From the NCBI RefSeq assembly GCF_009914755.1, contig NC_060926.1: a stretch of DNA of 64,000 nt; one strand, given 5' to 3'. Made by a program: the position numbers and the translations under genes. This document shows, piece by piece, positions 20,389 through 44,528 of the stretch. Below the pieces are notes generated by a model. That model was given only the letters and a program-made list of their open reading frames with translations, had not been told where the DNA came from and did no database searches. The DNA is from the human T2T-CHM13v2.0 reference genome, Homo sapiens. Each line of letters starts with the position of its first letter. Position 1 is the stretch's first letter.

Positions 20389-20888
20389 ATTTTTGAGACA
20401 GGGTCTCACTCTGTTGCCCAGGCTGGAGTGCAGTGACATGATCGCACCCCACTGCAGCCTTGACCTCCGAGGCTCAAGCAATCTCCTACCTTCGCCTCCT
20501 GAGTAGCTGGGACCACAGGTATGTGTTATCACATCCAGGTAATTTTTAAGTTTTTTTTTTAAAAGATGGGGTCTTGCTATGTTGTCCAGGCTTGTTCTAA
20601 CTTTTAAAGACTCAGTATTACAAGCAGCAAATAAGACTTAAACACAGGCCTGGCACATGGCTCACACCTATAATCCCGGCATTTTGGGAGTCTGAGGTGG
20701 GAGGATCACTTGAGGCCAGGAGTTCGACACCAGCCTAGGCAACATAATGAAACCCTGTCTCTGGAAAAAAAAATTTTTTAATTAGCTGGACATGGTGGCA
20801 TAAACTTGTAGTCCCAGCTACTTGGGAGGTTGCACTCCAGCCTAGGGGGTGACAGTATGAGACCCTATCGTTTAATAAAAAAAAAAAG
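20389..20888. mobile_element. Partial AluJ (-) and internally deleted AluJ (+)
   Basis: Alu consensus matches. Confidence 0.88.
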
Positions 20889-21389
20889 AGACTTAAAGAT
20901 TTAAACTTATCTCTGTTGAGAAACTTCTGTCTTATAATTCCTTTTAGTGACTACACTGAGTACCTTCAAAGACATATAATTTTATTATTAATAACAGCAG
21001 ACAAGTATCTTCTATGTGCCTAACACTGTACTAGTTCATTTTAACAGGAGTTCATTGAACTCTCATAATTACTCTCTCTTAGGGTAGTTTTCTTTCTACT
21101 CCTACCTAAACTCCTCAAATTATACTTCTAGAAATAACTAAATAAGACAGTTTGATTGGCATCCTTATGATATTTTTCTATGCAAATAAAAATACAAAGA
21201 TTTTAAGGCTATATATATTTATATACAAAAATAAATTTCAAAGATACATCTTCATCTGCGTATTATGATGGTATTATCTAAGTTTTACATATCAGGAAAT
21301 TTAATTAGTTTGCCAAAAGATATATAGCCAGTAAGGAGCACAGCCAAGATTTGAACTTCATTTTCAGAGTAATGAATAGGTAACCTATA

Positions 21390-21831
21390 GCTGGCTGATA
21401 ATGGTGGCAACCAAAAAGATATGTCCACATTGTAAGCTCCAGAATCTGTGAATGTTACTTTATTTGGGAAAAGAGCCTTGGTAGGTGTAACTCAGTTAAG
21501 GATCTTCAGACAAGATCATCCTGGATTATCCAAATGGATCCTAAAGCCAAAGACAAGTCTCTTCATAAGAGATGCATAAGGGAAGACAGATACAGATGAG
21601 AAGGCAATGTGAAGACAGAGGCAGAGACTGGAGTAATGTGTTCATAAGGCAAGGAAGTCAGCAAGAAAAAGGTTAGAGAAAGCAAGGAGCAGATTCCCCC
21701 CAGAGCCTCTGTAGGGAGTGCAGACACGCCAACATCTTGCTTTCAGACTTCTGGCATTCAGAACTGAGAATAAATTTGTTTGCTTAAGCCGCTCACTGTG
21801 TGATAACCTGCAACTTCAGAAAACTCATACA
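21390..21831 (+). mobile_element. MLT1 MaLR LTR
   Basis: aaagatatgtccac...gtgaagacagaggcagagactggag...aactcataca. Confidence 0.8.
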
Positions 21832-22372
21832 ATACCTAAAACCAATAAGTTCTCACAGATATTTATATATGTGAAATATTTAAATAAAATGCAATTATCA
21901 AAGATTTGATACTGTACCTCAAACTACATATAATGTTTTAAAAATATATACTTAGCACCCAAATCGTCCCATTTTGACCTAGTGGGAGCTCCTTCAAGTT
22001 GTAAACTGTCTTGGGAACATGGCTCCACCCATATGTGACAGCTTTTTTACAACCTGTCACAGAAAGTTGTCCCAGGCAAATCTTACATAACTTTTGGCCC
22101 AGACCTGGATCAACTACTTCTCCAACAAGCTCTGACATCTTTAAATTGGAAATGATATTAAATGGAAATTAAATTTAAATTGGAAATGGTATTAAAAGAC
22201 TACAGTGTGCACACCACACTAGGAGTGCTCACTGTCAATAGGTTACCACTAGTTCTAGAACTTTTCAGTGGCTAGAACAAGAAAAGAAGTCATCATTTAG
22301 AAAGAGAAAATGAAATTCATGCTTGGATACCAAATTTGAATTGAAGATCACAGAGCTGTCACTTTTTTCTGA

Positions 22373-23554
<1,182 letters not shown>

Positions 23555-23751
23555 CACTTTGATTTAAGTGAAAAAACTCAATGCATCCTGGAGGATATCC
23601 TAGAACAGAACATGGAACTCTTCTGCATTCCTTTTAATAGTTGCATAGAATTCCATTGTGTATATCGATCGTGATTTCTTCCACCAGATTTTGTTGATGG
23701 GTATTTTTTTGGGTTGTTTCTGGTCTTTTGTTCTCATGACTACATCTTAAC

Positions 23752-23932
23752 CAGTGGTTCTAAGATGTGGTACCCAGAACAACATCATTACTACCTAAAA
23801 ATCTATTAGAAATGAAAATTATTGGGTGGAAGCCCAGATCTACTGAATCAGATACTCTGAAGTGAGGCCCAGGAATCTGCACCATACGTCCTGTAGGTGA
23901 TTCTGACGCAAGCTCGAGTCTGAGAATCATTG
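23752..23932. mobile_element. MER5A hAT MITE
   Basis: cagtggttct...tactgaatcagatactctg...ggcccaggaatctgc...tgagaatcattg. Confidence 0.8.
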
Positions 23933-24091
23933 TTCTTAATCTCTGCCATTTTGTATTTTTGACAGCTTATCTCTGAGGTTAATTCTTAGAAGTGAGTTTG
24001 CCAGACTAAAAGATAAACATGTACACTTCAAGAAGCATCAGAGAAAAAAAATTCTTTATTTTCAGGTTTTAAAAGAAATTCACCCATGTTT

Positions 24092-27626
<3,535 letters not shown>

Positions 27627-27779
27627 TCACTTAAGGAAGATAATTAAAATGTTAACAGAAAGATTATGGCAGCAGAGATGATGACTATACAATATTTTAA
27701 AAGATTTCATGGGAATATAACATACTGAATACATTGTATAATGAAGAATGAACTTTACTCCCTATGTTAATTCCCCAGA

Positions 27780-28216
27780 CCTGTCATTTTAAAAAGTACA
27801 TAACCTAGGTGGTATAAAACAAGACACTTATTCCTTCACAGTTCTGGAGGCTGAAAATCCAAAACTGATGTGTCAGCAAGGATGGTTCCTTCTGTGAGAT
27901 AAGCTATTCCGTCCCTTTCTCTTAGTTTCTGGTAACATCCAGCAATCTTTGGCATTCCTTGGGTTATAGCAGCATCACTTCAACCTCGTCTCCATCGTCA
28001 CACGGCACTCTCTTCATGTCTCCATGTCTTCATATGACCCATCTTATAAAGACACTAGTCTTAGTGGACTAATGACCCACCCTACTACAGTATGACTTCA
28101 TCTTAACTAATTAACTCTACAACAGCTCTGTTTCCCAATAAGCACACATTCTGGTGTACCAGAGGTTATGATTTCAATATATCTTTTTGAAGGGGACACA
28201 ATTTGAAGCATAACAC
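27780..28216 (-). mobile_element. MLT1 MaLR LTR
   Basis: cacagttctggaggctg...cagtatgacttcatcttaactaatta...ggggacacaatt. Confidence 0.8.
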
Positions 28217-28505
28217 TTGTTTTTATTTAGCCTATTTTCCAGAGCTATACAGATGGTGTGAACTTAACACTGTCATTCATTGAATATAAGCTATTATAGT
28301 GCTGCCCAGGCTAATAGAATTTTTCCCCAAGTCAAGGAATTATAAGTATTCTCATTTATTCTAACTCATATTCCCATTCATGTAGGTGAATTATAGACTT
28401 GTGATCTGTATGTTTTACCATATTTATGATGAATTTAATTAAAAGTAAAATATCCCTAAAAAGGAACATTTCAGCCCAGGTTTCTATCAGGAAATTCTCC
28501 CAAAC

Positions 28506-30165
<1,660 letters not shown>

Positions 30166-30399
30166 ATTATAATATTAAAAGCTTTACCTTAAAGGTAGAG
30201 AATGAAAAGGATAATTGATAGTACCATGTCTGTTCCACTATTTTCTGTAAGTCCTGGCTGGTACAAAATGGCAAAAAAAAAAAAAGAAAAAGAAAATTGC
30301 CATTATTCATAAATTACATATTTGTATAAGTAGACAATCATAAAACTATGTATAAACTAATATATTTTAAAAATTAATTTTGCAATGTTGTTACATCCA

Positions 30400-30872
30400 G
30401 TGTCAATATTCAGAGAGGAAATCCACCACAGGCCCCGAGTGCTGTTGTGTATACACACGAGGAATGCAAACAATGTTTTAAGTCCCAGAACACTCTTTAC
30501 CTGAGCCATCTTTCAGGGTTATGTTTGCAGTTGCAGAGCAACCATGAGATGAGGCAATGTCTCTTCCCAGGCAAAATATGCTTGCTTCTGCTAAAAGCAG
30601 TGAATCCCTCAAACTAATGTTTCTTGGCTGAGATGCAAACCCACTGCAGGAATAGGATACACCTGGGCCTGTATCTCATCACCTGTGAGTCTTGGGGTAA
30701 GGGAAAGCTGACACGAAAAGTATGCTGGTAGCCATATTGCTTACTCTATCATGGGTAATACAGTACTTTTTCTATGACCCAGGATTCTTGTTTCTTCTGT
30801 TAAAATCCATGAGAGGCTAATCGCTTTGTTTACTTACAAATCAGGTAAAATCCTAGACACTTCAAAGACACA
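30400..30872 (+). mobile_element. ERV-type solo LTR inserted in L1M (family uncertain)
   Basis: TG...CA ends; tgacccaggattcttgtttcttctg...ggtaaaatcctagacacttca 3' motif. Confidence 0.55.
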
Positions 30873-31006
30873 GTCAATTTATAAAAACTGTATTTCTATA
30901 TATCAGCAACACACAATTATAAAGTAAAAAAAGTTAAAGCCATTCACAACAGAATAAAAAATGTCAAGGAATAAATCTGATAAGAAGTGTGCAAAGACCT
31001 GTAAGA

Positions 31007-32510
31007 CAGAAAAATCCATAGCATTAATGAACAAAACTGAACTGCAGAAAATGCAGTAATATAGTTTTTAAAAAGTCAATAGAACTAAAACTGATCTATA
31101 GATTCAATGCAATCCTAACCAAAATCATAGCAGGTTGAGGGGAGAGGGGACATGTGGAAACTAACAAGCTGCTTCTAAAATTTACATGAAGATGAGATCA
31201 GTCAGAAAAGCCAAGAAAATATTAAAGAACAAAATGGAAAGAATTAAACTATTAGATATCAGGATTAATAATAAAGCTAAAGTAATTAAAACAGGGTGGT
31301 ACTGTTACAAGGAAAGACAAAACACAACAGAACAAAGCAAAGTCCAGAAACCAAACCATAACTATATGGTCAATTGACTTATGACAGAGAACACTGCAAT
31401 AAAGTAAATGAAAGAAGTCTTCAAAAAAGGGTGCTAGGTAATTAAGATATCCCTACGGGGTGAAAGGAATAAAATGATGATCCTCATCTCACATAATACA
31501 AAAAAATTCCACATGGTTTATAGATCTAAATGTAAAAGATAAAAGAATAAAGTTATCATTAAAATGTGCACACGCACATGCATATACAGGAAGACAGTTT
31601 CCTCTCTGTGTGTATATAGTATTTTCATTGCATAAACATCCACCAGTACCCAAATTCATTTATCCTATCTTTGATGAACATTTAGGTTATTTTTATTTTT
31701 TGCCTATTACAATTAATTCTACTTTTTAAAAAAATTTCTTTTTGTACTCCTTTCTGTTGGGTATATACACCAGAGTAGAATTAGCTATACTATGGACAGA
31801 CAAGCAGTTTTCCAAAGTAGTTGTACTAGTTGTACTAGTTTAAATTCTTACCACCAGTGTATAAGAATCCCGTTATTTCACATGATCACTAGCAGTTGGT
31901 ACCATCAGTCTTTTTAATTTTGGACTTTGGTGGGTGTGTAATAGTATCGCATGTGGTTATAAGTTGCCTTTCTGTGGTCACTAACGGAATTGGACTCCTT
32001 TTCATTATTAATCATTTTGATATCTTCTTTGTGCAATGCTTGTTCTAGTCTTTGCCCATTTTTCTATGAATTCTCTTTTTCTTACTAACTTGTAGGAGTT
32101 CCTCATATATTCCTTTGTTGCATATATTTATTCCAAATAACTTCTCTGTGGCTTGCCTTTTCACTCTCTTAAAGTTACGTTTTGATGAATGCAACTTCTT
32201 AATGTACCCAGTATGTTTTTTTCTTTAGAAAATTACCTAGCTTTATGATTAATCCTGATATTTAATAGTTTAATTCTTTCCATTTTGTTCTTTAATATTT
32301 TCTTGGCTTTTCTGATTGATCTCATCTTCATGTAAATTTTAGAAGCAGCTTGTCAGTTTCCACATGTCCCCTCTCCCATCAACCTACTATGATTTTGGTT
32401 AGGATTCCATTGAATCTATAGATCCATTTTAGTTCTACTGACTTTTTAAAAAATATATTACTGCATTTTCTGCAGTTCAATTTTTTTTATTAATGCTATG
32501 GGTTTTTCTG
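31007..32510. repeat. ~280-bp inverted duplication (31007-31287 vs 32231-32510)
   Basis: Hand alignment gives about 16 mismatches plus 1 indel (~94% identity). Confidence 0.95.
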
Positions 32511-32777
32511 AGCTCCCTTCTGGTCATACCCATTGCCCCAAAATAACCACTCTATATAGTTTTAAGAATCTGATGTATTTCTACACACCAGAAGGTGAAT
32601 GATTCTTACACACATGCAAATAATGTAATAGCAAAAAATTATTTAAGTATGACTTGATTATGTAAGTTTAAAAATTTCTCTGGACATTATTCTGTTCTAG
32701 ACATGTCTTGTTTATGCTATTGGAAGTTGTTAGAGTGGTTATTTTGGAGCAATGGGTGTGACCAGAAGAGAGCTCAG
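32508..32777. repeat. 47-bp inverted duplication (32508-32554 vs 32731-32777)
   Basis: 3 mismatches in 47 bp by hand alignment. Confidence 0.93.
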
Positions 32778-32885
32778 GGAGAGATACTAGGGCAATATTT
32801 TGCTCCTTAATCTGGTTGATAGTTCATAGTACTGTTCTGTTTGTGAAAATCCAACAAGCTGTATACTTACGTGTACTTTAATGAA

Positions 32886-33115
32886 TACAAGCTGATCATT
32901 CCAAATCAGAAAACATGAAATGCCCAAAATCAGAAAATTTTTGAGTGCCAACACGATGCTCAAAGGAAATGTTCATTGGAGCATTCTGGATTTTGAACTT
33001 TCTGAATTTGGGATGCCCAACCCAAATAATGCAAATGTTTCAAAATCTGAAAAAATCCAAACTCCAAAACACTTCTGGTTCCAAGCATTTCAGAGAAATA
33101 GTACTTCATCCATAT
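32886..33115. mobile_element. Tigger4/MER46-type DNA transposon
   Basis: ttgagtgccaacacgatgctcaaaggaaatgttcattggagcatt...aaaacacttctggttccaagcattt. Confidence 0.8.
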
Positions 33116-34094
33116 ATATTATAATCTAATTTAAAATTTTAAAAATAGGCAAGTGACCCAAACTGACAGAAATCAGGACGGTGGTTACTTTTGAGAAAGG
33201 ACCAGTAGCGATTTGGAGATGACAGGATGTTTTCACAATGCTGATGAAGCATCGTAATAGTTAATTATTTACTAGGGAGATGGGGGTTATTTTCTGTTCT
33301 GAATTTTTTAAAAAAGGGACAAGATCATTTCATATAGTTTCTCCTTTAAAGATAAAATTTGGCACCCTCTCCCCCTTTTTTAAAGTAAAGCTGAAAAATC
33401 ATCTAAACTATTGCTGTTCAAATGTCCACAGACTGGTCTGTGACAAGATAAGCATGAAAGCAAGAACATTTAGGTACTTTCATAGAAATTTGACATTGCT
33501 GGGTCATTCTGAGTCCACAATGGACTAGAGGAAAAAAATTGGTCCTTGATGATGAATAATTTGAGAATAAACTAGCTAACTGAGGTGGTGGTGATATGAG
33601 TCGCAGTTGCGGGGTGGGGGTGGGGGGGGTGTGAGAAGCGCATGAGCAAGGTTTCCTAGGACTACATCTTAAAAAAAAAAACAAAAACAGAACTATTAAA
33701 AATAAGACCTTGGTTAAAAAAAAACATAAAAAAAGGAAAAAAATTAAAGCTTTATTTTAACTATATCAAGACCCTGTTTATAGTCTTTTCTCACAAAGTG
33801 GTACTTATAGAAAAATAATCCCTTATACTTCTCTATTACCAGTTTTACTTCAAATGAAACCAATTAATGTCACCAATTAACGTCATCCTACACCAAGGAA
33901 GTATTCTACCTACAACAAATGGTTTTCAAAAGCAAAACAAAAATAAATTTTAGCTTATATACCAGTGATGAGAAACAGAGCTAACTTAAACACTAGTGAG
34001 CAGAAAAACAAAAGACGCTAGTTTATTAACTCAGAAACTTAATGAACAAAAATATGAAACAAACAAAAAAAGAGTCAATAAACAGTTTTTTGTC

Positions 34095-36545
<2,451 letters not shown>

Positions 36546-39500
36546 ATAACAAAACAAATTTTGGAACTTGAGGCTTATCAGTCAGTTTTACATAGTTCAC
36601 TGCAGTAGCTTCTCGTTGCTGGATATTTACATACTGCTCACTGAGTTTAAGTCAAAAGGTACATACATACATTATTACAGCATTGAGAATTTTCCATTTC
36701 AATGGATGATTATAATGTCGAACAAGGTCAAAAAGATACAGACTATTAATAGTAGATGCATTTGAGTTAAAAGCTTAAGTAAATAATCTCTGACTTAAAT
36801 TTTTATTTTCTCCCAAAGACATTTAATGGGCCCCTATGAAGTATTAGGGAGAGATCAGACACTGAAGGATTGGTAACAAAATTGAAACTTAAGAACTATA
36901 TATAGTTGAAGAATTGATTGTTGAAGCACTGATAATAATCGAAGTTTCCGAAATGATTTTGATCTTTAGAAACAGTTATGTTTCTCTTGAGGGAGAGTTT
37001 TTATTCTAACAGGTCTTTCTTTAGAGGTAATGGATCCTTTTTAGTTCTAAGTCCCTTCCTCCAACACCAAGTGCAATCTACTCCAAACTAGGCAGGCGGT
37101 GTTTCCTGATTATATTCAGAGTCCCCTGGCCTAAATGGGAAAGGCCACACCTCAACACTTTCCTTGCTTCTGGGTAGTCTAACTATCCAAAGCCCTAACA
37201 GTGTAGCCATCTTTAACACAACACAGTGCTAAAACCTCCAATTCAGCCACCAATAATAACCTCAGAGGAAAAGAGAAAATCTCCTAAAGGTCTCTCTCCA
37301 TCTAAGTTAACTTGCCAAAAAAAGTTTTGCCTCCAGTATACTTTTAAAAGGAGACATAATCATACCCATTCAGTAACTTAACACACATGTAAATGTTAGA
37401 AGGTAGATAGGTTTATGGTATTTTAAATAACTCCAGACACAATATATATCAAATTCCTGATTTAAAGTAGTTCTGAACAAGCAGTAAAATTAACATTAGT
37501 TCACACTAGAGGAAACAGTGATTCCTTACAGAGAAAAGGTATACTTTATGTAATTAATTTCATTCTTAAGACACTTTAAAAGCAGACCAAAATCTAAACA
37601 AAACTTTTTCTATCAGAAGATAAAAATAATAGTCCTACAGTTGCTTCATAATGCAATATTTTATTTTGGGGAAAAGGCAGAGACTTCACTTAGCTATGAT
37701 CATAAAAAAGCAATATAAATAGTGATTTTCGTATTCATTTTTCTGAAGTTATTATTCCACCTTACCTTTATTTGGAATTCCATAAAACTCTTCTCTGAAC
37801 ATTGTGTATCCTGTCTGAAAACTAGCAACCAAAACTACAAACTTTTAAGTCTTCCACTTTACACAGAAATCAATAAACTAGTTTTAATATTGGACTGAAT
37901 TTCAAAGTTCTATTCTCTGTTCCTATTTGGCTGAAAGGTATACATATATCAAGAAAGTTTCTATCGATTTTCAACTAGAAGTATCAGTTTTGCTGTCAGA
38001 GCTCTTTATTTTTGTACATAAAAGGAAGTGGGTTTTGATACTATCTCAGTGTTCTTCCTGTCTTACAATGCATTTGAAATAAAGTGATGTCAGATTGAGA
38101 GTAAAGGCCCGAAATAAGAAAAAGTAATAGGCACAATTAGCTTGCTTTACCTTTATTGATAACTAAGATTTAGAACTGCTTTGCTGTATACTCACTGCTG
38201 GCTACATGTCTGTCACTTTAATTTGCACTGGACTACAAAAACATCCACAAATATATAATATATACCTACAAATTATATGGTATCTATATCACATGTATGA
38301 CCCATGAAAGACAGATGCATATTCTATGAGAGACTAAATCATTCTTCATAATTGGTAGCTTGGCATTCATTTCTTGAGAATATCAGAGCTGCTTAAACAT
38401 GAATCACATGTGACATCATGCGCACCTCTCACCTCACCTTCTAGATACCACACACCGCCCATTTTCCTCTAGGCTTTATTATAGACTACCTGCAACCAGA
38501 AAAGAGCTTTATAGAGCATCTCATCTTACTGTAAACTGAGGACAAATAATCAATATTATAATAATTTCTAGAAAAGGAATAAATGAAAAGCAGCTCAAAA
38601 ACAATTGGACCCAATATTCAATTTGATATTACCTTATTGTTCATGTCTTCTGTTATTATGCAGAGTGTGGAGCAAGGTTATGTTATTCATATCTACCTAT
38701 TCGGCTACTGACAATAGGGTTCTATGGTTAATTCTTGGATCTTCCTACATCTTAACACATTCACCTCAAATTCTTAGAGACAGCCATTAATAACCGTTAG
38801 TTATAAGCAAAAGAAACACAGATACAACAGCCACTATTCAAAGAGCAGCATATGTGGCTCTTGAAAAGCAAGGGCCCCAAGTATATTCCCATTTTACAAG
38901 ACTTTCTTTAATATTGATTTCCCTGTCCCAATCCCATCCAGAAAACATGAATCTTGCTAATTGCTTCCCTTACTTGATGACCTGGCTTGGCTCCTAATCT
39001 TAGATCTACAATTCCAAACTTAAAAGGAAAAGCTTAAAATGAGGAGAATCAACACTTGTGAAAAGAAGCGAAAAAATTAAAATAAAAAAAAATAAAATGA
39101 GGAGAAGCAGGGGATAGAGACAGCCCTTTACACTTTTGGCTTCACTTTTTCAAAAATAGGTGCTTAGTGGACCCCAGGGAATGGAGGGCCCTGGACTACA
39201 CCTCTTTTCACTACTGACAGGGATTAATTTAAAACCACACATCAACAATTAACTAGTCAGAAGCACCCTCTTTGTCTTGCTTTCATTCCATTTATTCCTA
39301 ACAATTGAGGTCTGGGTAGCTCTCTAAGTGGTTATCAACTTAAAGCTAAGATTCTCTGATTACAAAGTTCGCTCAAATTATGTATGTAGTAGCTATAGCA
39401 GAGAACAGATGAGGCCATCAATTATCTCAATTCTCTCCAGGAGTAGCAAAAACATTAACAGAGGGATGGTAGTGAATTATAACTATTTTTCTAATATAGG

Positions 39501-40089
39501 CATAGTAACCATTCTGAAGGGACTTAAATGAATGAGTCTAGTATTCCAACATAACCTGAGCTTCTAGCTCCAAAGACAACTCACCTATCATCACTCAAAT
39601 CTAAAAGGATATTCAAGCTAGAAAAAATCTTGAATGTCTGTTTTGCTCTGGAACATGTCAGTCCTTGTAAAGGAATCATCAAGAGTTGGTTTAAAATTTG
39701 CCTTGCCATGTACAGCTAAATTATAAATATTGGGATAAACAAGATTTGCCCTCTTTGAATAGACTCTGACAAGAAGCTACAGAATAATTAGCAGTAATTA
39801 GGCAATAATTCATATCCTTAACTGGAAAATCCATTCCAGGGAAGCTGCAGCAACAGACATTATTCCCTAACGAAAGCTTTTCAGGTGAGTTATGAAGTAG
39901 ACACCAAACGGAATAAGAGCAAAGACCAGCAGACTAAATTCAGTGTTTGCTAGTAGAAATGAAAAGCATTCTTTTCCTAAGGAGGGTTGTTAGAGCATTA
40001 AGTGCTCAAAGTTTAGGCAAGTAAAATAAAAGCATCCTAAAAGGCTATGGATGACTTAAGACCTTAAGAACAAATCCAGGTAAAACCTA

Positions 40090-42562
<2,473 letters not shown>

Positions 42563-42678
42563 TATAGAGGGTAAGGGAAAGTGACTGACTGACCTGGAGT
42601 CTGGGAAAAGAGGAACTACTAACAAGGGCATTTGTCCTACAGCATTTAGTACTTTATTGAAGGATCAGGTGGATTTAC

Positions 42679-42829
42679 CTTTCCTTTTCCACCTGCTCTT
42701 TTTTCCCTCCTTGTTGCTGCCACCATCACTGCTGCTGCTGCTGTTCTCAGAACTCTGGGAATCTGACTGACCATCACTGCTTTCTTCTGAACCTTCTGAC
42801 AGCTCTTTCACCCCATCCGGCACATCTTT
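42679..42829 (-). CDS. ASXL2: ASXL2 coding exon (exon 5), 151 nt, Ser/acidic-rich then basic
   Basis: ttttcag|...AAG|gtaaat. [50 protein letters not shown]; phase 0 in, phase 1 out, [14 protein letters not shown] its neighbours. Confidence 0.97.
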
Positions 42830-43156
42830 CTGAAAATGTAGGCATCCAATTAGGATTAATCATTACCATTTAAGCAAACAGAAATTAAAACTTCTGATAT
42901 GCAATGTTGCAACTTAATTGCACTAATTTTTGTTACTATAGGATTCAGTAGCAGAACCAGCAATATTTTCTGAATTCCTGTCATCTCTTTGAGGCAAATA
43001 AGCTAATGTTTCCAACTATATCCGAAGATAAAAATTATATACAACATTCATATGCAGGCACAACACAGGCTTAAATTAGACAAAAATTGGGTAGATATGA
43101 GTCCAGGTAAATGATTAAATACTCTTACATTTTAAAAACTACATAATAATTTTATT

Positions 43157-43610
43157 GGCTGGGCGTGGTGGTTCACACCTGTAATGCTAACACTTTGGGT
43201 GGCTAAGGCAGTTAGAATGTTTGAGACCAGGAGTTCAAGACCAGCCTGGGCAACATGGTGAAACCCGTCTCTACAAAAAAAAAATGCAAAAAAAAAAAAA
43301 AAATTAGCTGGGCATGGTGGAACGAACACTCCTGTAGTCACAGCTACTTGGGAGGCCAAGGTGGGAGGACTAAGCCCAGGAGTTCAAGACCAACCTGGGC
43401 AACATGGTGAAACCCCACCTCTACAAAAAAAAATACAAAAATTAGCCAGGTATAGTGGTGTGCACCTGTGGTCCCAGCTACTTAGGAGGCTGAGTTGGGA
43501 GGATCACCTGAACCCAGGAAGTTTGAGGCTGCAGTGAGCTGTGATCGTACTACTGCACTCCAACATGGGTGACAGAGTGAGATCCTGTCTCAAAAAACTA
43601 AATAAAATAA
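43157..43610 (+). mobile_element. Three-arm AluJ-like composite
   Basis: Left arm, then a right/left chimeric arm, then a right arm. Confidence 0.85.
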
Positions 43611-44212
43611 TTTCATTAAATATATGTATGTCCATGTGTGTATGTAAGTACCACTATGTACTCTGAATTCAATTACAGAGTAAGAGTCTAGACAGTAAGA
43701 GATAGTGCATTATTTGAATCTAATTGGTTCCTGAATATTGGTTAGTAAGTAGCAAGAATTAAATAAAAAAGAAATCTTTTTTTAAATGAAGGTTCTTCCT
43801 GACAGAAAAAAAGAAAAAGAAAGAAATCATTTAACAAATCATATGAAACTCTTTGGTTTCTGCACTGAGAGAGAATGCTAATCAGAAAGGATAACTACGT
43901 CAGCTTAGCATGTGAGAGATATAATAACAGGATAGTTCCAAGACCAAAGACTAGAAAACAAGACTTCCTGGCTTTACCCTCTCCTAATTGTGCAGTTAAA
44001 ATCTTAACCTTTCATGCTTCAGTTTCCCCATCTATAAGGTGGGGATAATAGTACCTACCTTAAAAGATCATTCTTCAATTAGCTCAAGTTAAATGAGCTA
44101 ATAAATGTAAAATGCTTAGAATCACGCCCAACATAAGAGGTCAAAAAATATCAGCTACTATGTGTTTACATAATATATAAAAATACATATGTATGGCTAA
44201 ACACACTAGTGA

Positions 44213-44528
<316 letters not shown>

